Shown: positions 9,192 through 17,529 of the stretch, piece by piece
Layout: every line of letters begins with the position of its first letter
How positions within the stretch are numbered: position 1 is the first letter of the stretch
Assembly: GCA_965116795.1 (NCBI GenBank)
Contig: OZ220716.1
Span: forward strand, 1,066,503 to 1,130,502
Source: Gammaproteobacteria bacterium
GTDB taxonomy: Bacteria; Pseudomonadota; Gammaproteobacteria; JAJFKG01
DNA: 64,000 nucleotides
Reading direction: 5' to 3'
Translations under genes and position numbers: made by a program
Notes under the pieces: model-generated
Databases searched by the model: none
Told to the model about the DNA's origin: nothing
Seen by the model: the letters and a program-made list of their open reading frames with translations, nothing else

Positions 9192-10718
9192 ATGCGTATG
9201 CATACCAGTAAAATTCCTGACACCGCACATCGTGGTGCATCGCATACCGCTAGCGAATTGCGTTCTTGGCAGCCACCTAAAGGGTCAGCTGACAGTGATT
9301 TGTTGCCAGAATTAGATACCTTAGTATCACGTTCTCGTGATTTAGTCCGCAATCATGGGGTGGCCAGTGGTGCCATACAGACGCTAACCGATAATATTGT
9401 TGGCTCAGGGTTACGCTTAGCGGCGCGGCCTGATTATGTAGTATTAGGTAAAACAAAAGAATGGGCCGATGACTGGGCACGGCAAGTGGAATCTCACTTT
9501 CGTACCTGGGCAGAGTCAACAATGTGTGATGCTGCCAATTCACTGACCTTTGCAGGACTCACGATACAGATATTTCGTTCATCCATGTTGAATGGTGAAG
9601 CGTTAGCATTGCCACTGTGGTTACCTAACCGCGGTGACTTTGCAACAACATTGCAATTAGTAGAACCCGATAGATTAAGCAATCCTAACGGTGAGCAAGA
9701 TAATCAAACGTTGCGCGGTGGTATTGAGATTGACAAATACGGCGCACCGGTAGCGTATTGGATTAAACGCACTCATCCTGGTGATACATTTATGTTGGCA
9801 GAAGAGGATGATTGGCAACGACTACCAGCAACAACAAAGTTCGGTCGTCAACGTGTATTGCATATTCATGATAAAGAACGTACTGGACAGACACGTGGCA
9901 AACCGTTATTAACCAGCGTGTTACCACTTTTTAAAACGTTAGACCATTACGAACGCAGTGAATTACAAGCCGCTGTTGTTAATGCGATGATAGCCGCCTT
10001 CGTTGAAACACCGCTAGATAACGATGCGATTAGTGATTTATTTGGGGGTGATGTCAACGATTACATGAAAGCGCGAAATGAATGGCGATTACGTTTGCAA
10101 AGTGGTGCCATCATTCCGGTGTTTCCAGGCGATAAGGTCTCAGCATTTACCCCAAGTCGCCCTAACAGTGGTTACGGACAATTTGTTGAGAATGTATTAC
10201 GACATATTGGAACCGGACTTAACTTACCTTTTGAGTTATTAATGAAGGATTTTTCTAAGACGAACTACTCCAGTGCTCGCGCTGCGCTGATGGAAGCGTG
10301 GCGCTTTTTTTCAGGACGCAGGCAATGGTTAGCGACGTACTGGGCAAGACCGGTGTATGCCTTGTGGTTAGAGGAAGCAATTAACAAAGGATTAATTGAC
10401 GCCCCACACTTCTATCAACAAAAACAAGCTTGGACGCGCTCTAAGTGGATTGGTTCAGGCCGCGGTTGGATTGACCCGGTTAAAGAAGCCCAAGCCTCAA
10501 ACATTCGGATGAATATTGGGTTATCCACATTAGAAGAAGAATGCGCCGCTCAAGGTTTGGATTGGGAAGAAGTGTTAGAGCAACGTGCAAGAGAGCAAGC
10601 TAAGCAACGGGAACTTGGACTTGCACCAAACAATACCGTCACGCAAACGGGTGAGCCGTCACATCATGAGGATGACAATGAAAGCAATGAAAGTGGAAAC
10701 GACAATGGAAAGGACTAA
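9192..10718 (+). CDS. Portal protein, lambda family
   Basis: RSRDLVRN, RGGIE.D..G.PVAY, NYSSARAAL, GWIDP.KE. Confidence 0.95.
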   Translation: MRMHTSKIPDTAHRGASHTASELRSWQPPKGSADSDLLPELDTLVSRSRDLVRNHGVASGAIQTLTDNIVGSGLRLAARPDYVVLGKTKEWADDWARQVESHFRTWAESTMCDAANSLTFAGLTIQIFRSSMLNGEALALPLWLPNRGDFATTLQLVEPDRLSNPNGEQDNQTLRGGIEIDKYGAPVAYWIKRTHPGDTFMLAEEDDWQRLPATTKFGRQRVLHIHDKERTGQTRGKPLLTSVLPLFKTLDHYERSELQAAVVNAMIAAFVETPLDNDAISDLFGGDVNDYMKARNEWRLRLQSGAIIPVFPGDKVSAFTPSRPNSGYGQFVENVLRHIGTGLNLPFELLMKDFSKTNYSSARAALMEAWRFFSGRRQWLATYWARPVYALWLEEAINKGLIDAPHFYQQKQAWTRSKWIGSGRGWIDPVKEAQASNIRMNIGLSTLEEECAAQGLDWEEVLEQRAREQAKQRELGLAPNNTVTQTGEPSHHEDDNESNESGNDNGKD

Positions 10719-10929
10719 GCGGTGGTTGTACTGGGTGGATATAGCGTTAATTTTTTCAGGGTTAGCCGCCGTTGTTCTTTTAATGTTGACGTACTTGTGG
10801 CATTTAATCACGCCGCTTGCCTATTTGTCATTACACCAACTGCAAGAAATCAGACACATTCTGTTTAGTGTCGTGCTTACTGGCATTTTGTTGTCAAGGT
10901 TCAAGAAGCTTGAAGAATCCTGGTTATAA
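10705..10929 (+). CDS. Small two-TM membrane protein, present only in prophage A
   Basis: MERTKRWLYWVDIALIFSGLAAVVLL...; two hydrophobic segments; prophage B has no ORF here. Confidence 0.5.
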   Translation: MERTKRWLYWVDIALIFSGLAAVVLLMLTYLWHLITPLAYLSLHQLQEIRHILFSVVLTGILLSRFKKLEESWL

Positions 10930-11001
10930 ATGAAGGTATTTCCATGTGTCGGGAACCCTGAAAACAATCTCTGCATTAACTCAAAAAAGGAATACACCAT
11001 T

Positions 11002-12183
11002 ATGCGCGCTTGGAACAAAGCCACTGGCGAGCCATGGGCAATTACTCATAATGCTCTCAGTAATATATTAGATATTGCGGCAAGACAAAACCAGTCACCG
11101 GAAGTCGTCGCGGCTAAGTTAGGACGTGAGTTACAGAACACGCGCCAGATGACTATCAACAATGGCGTTGCAGTAATTCCGGTTGTGGGTGCATTGTTTC
11201 GTTACGCCAATGTGTTTACCCAAGTCAGTGGTGCATCTTCTTACGAGTTAATTGCAACAGACTTCAGAGATGCATTTGCCAATAACGATGTGCAGTCCAT
11301 TATATTGAACATTGATTCGCCAGGGGGCGAAGTGAATGGCTGTTGTGATTTAGCACAAACCATTTATGAATCCAGAGGCAAGAAACCCATCATCGCGTAT
11401 GCTTCAGGTGATGTGGCATCGGGGGCGTATTGGATAGCAAGCGCTTGTGACAACATCATTGTTTCTAAAACCAGTAGCGTTGGCTCGGTTGGTGTTGTCG
11501 GTGTGTATCGTGATAACAAAGATGACAATAGTATTGAGATTGTCTCATCCCAAAGTCCACACAAGCGTGTTGACATACAAACCGATGAAGGCCGTGCACG
11601 ACTACAACAACGCATTGATGCGATGGCCACTGTCTTTATCGAGGCGGTTGCGACGTATCGCAACATTTCACCTGAGTCAGTACAACAACGTTACGGCAGT
11701 GGTGATGTTTTTATTGGTGAGCAAGCTGTTACTCAGGGCTTAGCTGATAACACGAACACATTTGACAACATTCTTTCTCAACTTCAACAAAACCACTCTC
11801 AACCTATTTATTCACACTCACAGGAGATACTCACTATGACTGATAAAATAACTGATATCACTACATCAACCGATGCAGCAAATTTACTAGAAAAAGGCAA
11901 AGTGCAAGAACGTGCTCGCATTCAAGCCATCTTAACGTGTGACGTTGCCAAGCATCGGCAACGATTAGCACAACACCTAGCCTTTGCCACCAACATGGAT
12001 GTCGAGCTTGCAAAACAAACATTAGCGTCTGCATCTACATCATCATCCCAAGCAAATGATACCACTGGCTTTCAAGCGGCAATGAACAAACTTGAAAACC
12101 CTGACATTGTTCCAAGCAGTGCAGCAGATAACGATGAAGCCGATGAAATTGATGCGGCTGTTAAACGCATTGCGAGTTATTAA
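11002..12183 (+). CDS. S49 prohead protease/scaffold (gpC-like)
   Basis: IDSPGGEV, ASGAYWIASA, VGSVGV; start chosen from paralog 60526. Confidence 0.92.
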   Translation: MRAWNKATGEPWAITHNALSNILDIAARQNQSPEVVAAKLGRELQNTRQMTINNGVAVIPVVGALFRYANVFTQVSGASSYELIATDFRDAFANNDVQSIILNIDSPGGEVNGCCDLAQTIYESRGKKPIIAYASGDVASGAYWIASACDNIIVSKTSSVGSVGVVGVYRDNKDDNSIEIVSSQSPHKRVDIQTDEGRARLQQRIDAMATVFIEAVATYRNISPESVQQRYGSGDVFIGEQAVTQGLADNTNTFDNILSQLQQNHSQPIYSHSQEILTMTDKITDITTSTDAANLLEKGKVQERARIQAILTCDVAKHRQRLAQHLAFATNMDVELAKQTLASASTSSSQANDTTGFQAAMNKLENPDIVPSSAADNDEADEIDAAVKRIASY

Positions 12184-12232
12184 TGGCACTTTGGATAATG
12201 GCATTTCTATTGACTAAAAAGAGGAAACCAAC

Positions 12233-12616
12233 ATGAGCGCACAAGGCTTTACTGACCAGGGGTCAATTATCCCCGATAATTTATTTGCAGGGGAATTTCC
12301 TTGCGTACAACGCGTTGAAACCATCACCGGTGGAACAGCACTGGTGCGTGGTAGCGTACTAGGCCGTATCACTTCATCACGGCATTACACATTAAGCCAA
12401 CACAAAGCTACCGATGGCTCACAGCTGCCTGCGGCTATCTTAGCTGAAGACTGTGATGCAACAACAACAGATGTCAAAGCCGTTGTCTATCACGCCGGCG
12501 AGTTCAATGCCAAGGCTCTTACCTATGGCGAGGGCCATAATGCCACATCCGTTTGGAGCAGTTGGCGTAAAAACGGCAACAATGCATTATTTCTACGTAA
12601 TAACCAAGGAGCATAA
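12233..12616 (+). CDS. Head decoration protein (gpD-like)
   Basis: RGSVLG.IT, DGSQ.P.AILAED, GEFN..AL; precedes major capsid. Confidence 0.85.
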   Translation: MSAQGFTDQGSIIPDNLFAGEFPCVQRVETITGGTALVRGSVLGRITSSRHYTLSQHKATDGSQLPAAILAEDCDATTTDVKAVVYHAGEFNAKALTYGEGHNATSVWSSWRKNGNNALFLRNNQGA

Positions 12617-12618
12617 TC

Positions 12619-13656
12619 ATGGTCGACATTTTTTCAACCTTTGTTTTAAATCGCACAATTGAATGCTTAGAGCGTTCATCATCTTTTCTGTTAGATACTT
12701 TCTTCACTTCTGTACAGATGGAAGAAAGCGCGGAAATCCACTTTGACATTAATGAGTCTAAACCCCGCTTAGCCCCATTTGTATCACCTTTGGTCGCGGG
12801 TAAAGTGGTGGATGCACAAGGCTACAGTACTCAAAGTTTTAGACCGGCGTATGTGAAAGACAAACGCCGCTTTGATGCTAATACCCCATTAAAACGAGTT
12901 ATTGGTGAAACGATTGGCGGCAGCTTGCCGGCTAACCGACGATTAGAAGCGGCAGTGAGCAAAGCATTACGCGACCAGTTGGAAAACTTAACTCGTCGTG
13001 AAGAAGTGATGGCAGCAGAGGTGTTAACCAAAGGCACTGTCACCGTATCTGGCGACAATTACCCAACGCAAGTGGTTGACTTTAAACGTGACCCCAAGCT
13101 TACGATTAAACTCTCAGGCAATAATGATAAGTGGAGCAATCCAGAATCCCTTGCCCTTGACCAATTAGAAGATTGGGCAGGTCTCATTCAAGAAAAGTCG
13201 GGAGCAGTGGCACGGCGTGTTATCTTAGACCCTAAAGCCTGGCGATTGCTACGTAAGAACAAACAAGTTATCGGTCAACTGGAAATTCGTCGTGGCACTA
13301 CCATCAACATCGATACTGACCCGATGAGTCACGGCCAAGGTAACGAGAAAGCACGTTATGTTGGCTCTATTGGCGATTTTGACTTTCATGTTTACAATGA
13401 TGTCTATGTTGACGATGAGAATACCGTACAACATTTGTTACCTGACCATACCGTATTACTGGTCAGCCAACAAAACTTAGAAGGCACACGGTGTTATGGC
13501 ATGATACGTGATGAAAAGGCGGACTTTCGCGCGATGCGTTACTTCAGCAAAAGTTGGATGGAAGAAGACCCAGCCGTTAGGTGGTTGTTATTACAATCAG
13601 CGCCATTGATTGTCCCGTATCGTCCCAATGCATCACTTTGCGTCACGGTAGCATAA
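12619..13656 (+). CDS. Major capsid protein, lambda E family
   Basis: APFVSP...G, F.PAYVK.K, RREE.MAA, LQSAPL..P.RPN. Confidence 0.92.
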   Translation: MVDIFSTFVLNRTIECLERSSSFLLDTFFTSVQMEESAEIHFDINESKPRLAPFVSPLVAGKVVDAQGYSTQSFRPAYVKDKRRFDANTPLKRVIGETIGGSLPANRRLEAAVSKALRDQLENLTRREEVMAAEVLTKGTVTVSGDNYPTQVVDFKRDPKLTIKLSGNNDKWSNPESLALDQLEDWAGLIQEKSGAVARRVILDPKAWRLLRKNKQVIGQLEIRRGTTINIDTDPMSHGQGNEKARYVGSIGDFDFHVYNDVYVDDENTVQHLLPDHTVLLVSQQNLEGTRCYGMIRDEKADFRAMRYFSKSWMEEDPAVRWLLLQSAPLIVPYRPNASLCVTVA

Positions 13657-13658
13657 TC

Positions 13659-13976
13659 ATGTTGCCTGCATTTTCACAAGCCACCGATAGATTGTTTGCG
13701 CGCTTAGGGGTACAAGCGAAGTATCATCCGCAAGGCACAAGCAATAGCATTACCTTGCCAGTCATTTTAAAAATCCCAGACCACATTGTCGATTTCGGTG
13801 AAGCGCATTTGCATACGTCAACACAAGTGATTGATGTGAAATGCAATGATGTTAAAGAGCCGAAAATAGGTGATGTCATTACCATTGATAAATCATCTTA
13901 TCGCATCCAAAGCGAGCCGGTACGTGACTTACATGGATTGCTATGGAAAGTGGACGTGATTAAAGTATGCAATTAA
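13659..13976 (+). CDS. Head-tail joining protein
   Basis: P..GD.ITID...Y.IQ.EP motif; position after capsid. Confidence 0.7.
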   Translation: MLPAFSQATDRLFARLGVQAKYHPQGTSNSITLPVILKIPDHIVDFGEAHLHTSTQVIDVKCNDVKEPKIGDVITIDKSSYRIQSEPVRDLHGLLWKVDVIKVCN

Positions 13977-14614
13977 AAGCGGCGTTGAGTGGTCGTTTAG
14001 ACAAATATCTCAAAGCCAACTTAAAAGAAGCCGAGCATGCTGTCACGACTGGCATTAAAACAGCAACAAACAACTTAAAGCTGCAAATGCGTAGCCAAGT
14101 GATAGCGGCTAACTTGGGAAAACGCTTAGCCAACAGTTGGCGCGGGGATGTATATCCAAAGCAAAAGACAAGTTTAAATGCAGCAGGTCATGTGTATGCA
14201 CGTGCGCATAAGATCCTCACCAACTTTGAACAAGGCAGCCTCATTCGAGGACGTAAAGGGTTATGGTTGGCTATTCCAACTCCTAATGTGCCTAAACGCG
14301 TTGGAGGAAAACGCCCTATGCCAGGTGACATTGAACGTGCCTGGAATGTAAAACTACGTTTTGTATATCGCTCTAATGGTGCATCACTGCTGGTATTAGA
14401 TAACCGTCGCGCATCCTATAGTCGCAAGACAGGAAAATTACGTGGCTTTCGTAAAGCCAGTCAATCAGCCCTAAAAACAGGCCGTGGATTAACCACCGTT
14501 GTGATGTTTTGGTTAGTGCCACAGGTGAAAATGCCAAAGCGAATCAACTTTAAAACGGCAAGTGAACGTCAGCAACGACAATTACCGAAGCTCATTACCG
14601 ATAACTGGAAATAA
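13967..14614 (+). CDS. Neck/tail completion protein (DUF6441-like)
   Basis: LG.RLANSWR...YPK, WLAIPT, F.LVPQVK.PKR. Confidence 0.65.
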   Translation: MQLKAALSGRLDKYLKANLKEAEHAVTTGIKTATNNLKLQMRSQVIAANLGKRLANSWRGDVYPKQKTSLNAAGHVYARAHKILTNFEQGSLIRGRKGLWLAIPTPNVPKRVGGKRPMPGDIERAWNVKLRFVYRSNGASLLVLDNRRASYSRKTGKLRGFRKASQSALKTGRGLTTVVMFWLVPQVKMPKRINFKTASERQQRQLPKLITDNWK

Positions 14615-14619
14615 TCCCC

Positions 14620-15054
14620 ATGACCAGCACCCGTGAATATGCCATTGTGACGCTCTTTGGCCAGCTTCGCTGTGCGCTTCCGGCTATCACGGTATTGCGC
14701 AATGCAGTCGTACCAACAACTATTCCAAGTGAAGGATTAATCATCTTGCGTGATGGCGATATGGGAGAGCCAAGTATGATTTTATCACCACCGCGCTATG
14801 CGTATTATCACCATGCGGCGTTAGAAGTCATTGTGCAACAAGCCGATGATGACAAACGCGAGGCACAGTTAGATGACTTGCTAATAAAAGTGGGAGAAGC
14901 CTTGCAGCAGCCTTTTCCTGCAGATGATGGCATTGATTGTTGTAGAGTGGGGGAACTTGAATTAACCACCGAGCCCATTGAAGGGGCGGCGACACTCAAA
15001 ATTGCCCATGTCCCCATTATTGTGGAATATGTCACGACCAATCCATTGTTCTAG
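14620..15054 (+). CDS. Putative tail terminator protein
   Basis: Position before tail tube; RN..P..IP..GL.ILRDG..GEP motif. Confidence 0.55.
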   Translation: MTSTREYAIVTLFGQLRCALPAITVLRNAVVPTTIPSEGLIILRDGDMGEPSMILSPPRYAYYHHAALEVIVQQADDDKREAQLDDLLIKVGEALQQPFPADDGIDCCRVGELELTTEPIEGAATLKIAHVPIIVEYVTTNPLF

Positions 15055-15096
15055 CAGTCACTAACGCAATCAAACATTATGTAGAGGAGCAAACGC

Positions 15097-16164
15097 ATGG
15101 CAAGAGCGTATGGCTGGAACGCCAGCCTATTATTTGGTTTTGAACAAGACTACGGTGCACCGCCAAATAGTGGATACCAGCAAGTCCCGTTTATTTCATC
15201 GTCATTGGACTCAGAGCAAGGATTGATTGAATCCAATGTATTAGGGTTAGGACGCGACCCCACTGCTCCATTCCAAGATGTTATCAATGTGGATGGCGAT
15301 ATCGTTATTCCAGCAGAGCTTCGTAGTATCGGATTGTGGCTAACCGGATTATTCGGTGAGCCAGAAACAACACACAATAAAAAAGTTTATCAACATACAT
15401 TTGCTTCTGGCAAAACACGCCTACCCAGTATCAGTTTAGAAATTGGGTTACCGGATGTCCCTGATTACCCACTGTATACCGGTGCACGGGTTAACTCGAT
15501 GGCGTTTAACTTTGAACGTAGCGGTGAAGCGCAAGTGACGGTGAATCTATTAGGTCAAGGTGAAACAGCGAGTCATACAACGCGTGATCCAGAGCCATCA
15601 CAATTTTCTTACACACGCTTTTCCCAATTTCAAGGCTCGATTAAACACGCAGGAGAATTCTTGGCAGACGTTACCTCCGCTTCCATCACTTACAGCAACA
15701 ATTTTGAGAAAATCCAAACGATACGTGATGATGGTAAAGTAGATGGCATTGATCCAGGGATTGCCGCGCTCTCAGGTAATATCTCCGTGCGTTACAGTAA
15801 TTCAAAGCTGATGGACTTAGCTAGAGAAGGAAACCCCATTGATATTGAGCTAGCCTACACTATCGATGAGCACCGTAAATTAGTATTAACCGCGCACTCA
15901 GTGTACTTACCCAAAGCCAAACGTAGTATTAACGGTGCCGGTGGCATTGAAGCGGCATATGATTTTCAAGGGGCGAAGTCTGAAGAATTCAATCGGATGT
16001 TAACGGTGACATTGGTGAATGATGTTAGTGATTATCACACACACGCATTACCGCAAGAACCACCACAACCACAGCCACCACACAGACCAACGAAACCAAC
16101 TAACCAACAAAAGGAACCTAACGATGCTGAAATTGTCATTATCAACAAACCCACATTGGATTGA
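15097..16164 (+). CDS. Major tail tube protein
   Basis: MARAYG, LLGLGRDP-like, Y.HTF.SG...LPS.S.E.G.P; Pro/Gln-rich C-tail. Confidence 0.8.
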   Translation: MARAYGWNASLLFGFEQDYGAPPNSGYQQVPFISSSLDSEQGLIESNVLGLGRDPTAPFQDVINVDGDIVIPAELRSIGLWLTGLFGEPETTHNKKVYQHTFASGKTRLPSISLEIGLPDVPDYPLYTGARVNSMAFNFERSGEAQVTVNLLGQGETASHTTRDPEPSQFSYTRFSQFQGSIKHAGEFLADVTSASITYSNNFEKIQTIRDDGKVDGIDPGIAALSGNISVRYSNSKLMDLAREGNPIDIELAYTIDEHRKLVLTAHSVYLPKAKRSINGAGGIEAAYDFQGAKSEEFNRMLTVTLVNDVSDYHTHALPQEPPQPQPPHRPTKPTNQQKEPNDAEIVIINKPTLD

Positions 16165-16696
16165 TTTAGGGATGCAGGTGCGTGTTAAAGTGCGCCCGTG
16201 CAATAGTGCTATCTTTTATCAAGCCAAAGCCTTCATGCAACATCACTTGCAACAAATAGGCGAAGACTACCGTATTCAAAAAGACAGTGGTGCTGACATA
16301 AGTCACTTGCCTAACGTAGAAGATGAAACTGTCCGTGAAGCGTTAGCGGCGCAATACCTAACACTGGGTTTAGCCTTGGTGGGTATTATCGAATGGGAAG
16401 GCGTACTGGATAATAGCGATAATAACAAAAACGAAGATGTCATTGCGCCAGTTAACGAAAATAACATCACGCAACTCTTTGAGAACTACTGGGTGATTGC
16501 CGAAACATTCCGTCAACAATATACCGGCATGCGAGAATTGTTAGAATCGGAAAAAAACGAATCACGGCTCGCTTGCAATGGCACTGCAACGGCGGGTCGG
16601 AGTATTGCGCCAACTGTGCCAGACAACAACTCCCCTGCGCGCAAGGACGAGCCAACGAAGACGGAAAAAAATGCCCGTACCTCGAAAATACATTAA
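16124..16696 (+). CDS. Tail assembly chaperone (gpG-like)
   Basis: AAGGA RBS; between tube and tape measure; in-frame slippery A AAA AAC at 16552-16558. Confidence 0.7.
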   Translation: MLKLSLSTNPHWIDLGMQVRVKVRPCNSAIFYQAKAFMQHHLQQIGEDYRIQKDSGADISHLPNVEDETVREALAAQYLTLGLALVGIIEWEGVLDNSDNNKNEDVIAPVNENNITQLFENYWVIAETFRQQYTGMRELLESEKNESRLACNGTATAGRSIAPTVPDNNSPARKDEPTKTEKNARTSKIH

Positions 16697-16896
16697 AGAC
16701 GATAGAGGGTTGGCAAGCCTGGGATGTGGCTAACAAAGTGTTAACCCAATGTCAGGAGTGCTTCCCGTTGGATGTAGCATTGCAGTTAAGTGAAAGCTTA
16801 GGTTACCATCAAGCTGCAATGGCAGAGCTGTTACCATCGGTGGCCATTGGTATCGCGCTTGCTCTCAAAGACATGCAGAAAAATAAGGAACATTAA
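16552..16896 (+). CDS. -1 frameshift extension of tail chaperone (gpT-like)
   Basis: -1 frame open from the heptamer: KKRITARLQWHCNGGSEYCANC...CP...EGWQAWD. Confidence 0.65.
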   Translation, partial: KKRITARLQWHCNGGSEYCANCARQQLPCAQGRANEDGKKCPYLENTLKTIEGWQAWDVANKVLTQCQECFPLDVALQLSESLGYHQAAMAELLPSVAIGIALALKDMQKNKEH

Positions 16897-17014
16897 TAAC
16901 AATTAAAGGGCGTATATTAACCATTTTACGGTTTAGCATTGGTAAATGCTCCCATTTTGTTTGAAGATGGCTTAAAGTGTTTTTTCAATGAAATGTGTAC
17001 GGGAAGGAGTTTAA

Positions 17015-17401
17015 ATGAAAAGGTTTCTTTACGTATTGCTAGTAATGATCATGATTGCTTCATGCTCAAAGCCAGCACAAAAAAATGTTGACGATACATT
17101 TCCGGAATATGATATAAATATGTACTGCCATAAAAGAGCTGAACTTTATAAAAAAGACGATATTGATGGATTGATTAGTTTTTCTGATAGCATATTTAAT
17201 CATTGTCTTGAAGAAAAAAAAGTTGATTATGAGTGGCTAAAAACCAACTGGGATTTGCTTTCTTCAAAAGCTAAGACGTTTTGTAAGCAAGCAGCCGGTG
17301 ATCCTGATGAAAACTATAGCGACTTAAAAGTTTGCGCACAAGTCGTTACATGTAAAGAAGATAATGATAACCTAGATATTTGTGTCGATCAAAAAAACTA
17401 A
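17015..17401 (+). CDS. Cys-rich lipoprotein (moron)
   Basis: Signal peptide MKRFLYVLLVMIMIASC with lipobox; AAGGAG RBS; AT-rich; own intergenic flanks. Confidence 0.75.
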   Translation: MKRFLYVLLVMIMIASCSKPAQKNVDDTFPEYDINMYCHKRAELYKKDDIDGLISFSDSIFNHCLEEKKVDYEWLKTNWDLLSSKAKTFCKQAAGDPDENYSDLKVCAQVVTCKEDNDNLDICVDQKN

Positions 17402-17529
17402 AAGTTATTCTAGGCCGTTAATTTCTCATTTCCGTGCCTAAATTAGGCAGTCATAAATCTATTTCAAACCAAATTTATCACTAATGCTACAGCTTAGGAA
17501 ATACTTATGTTTAACGTAAGGGATACACT

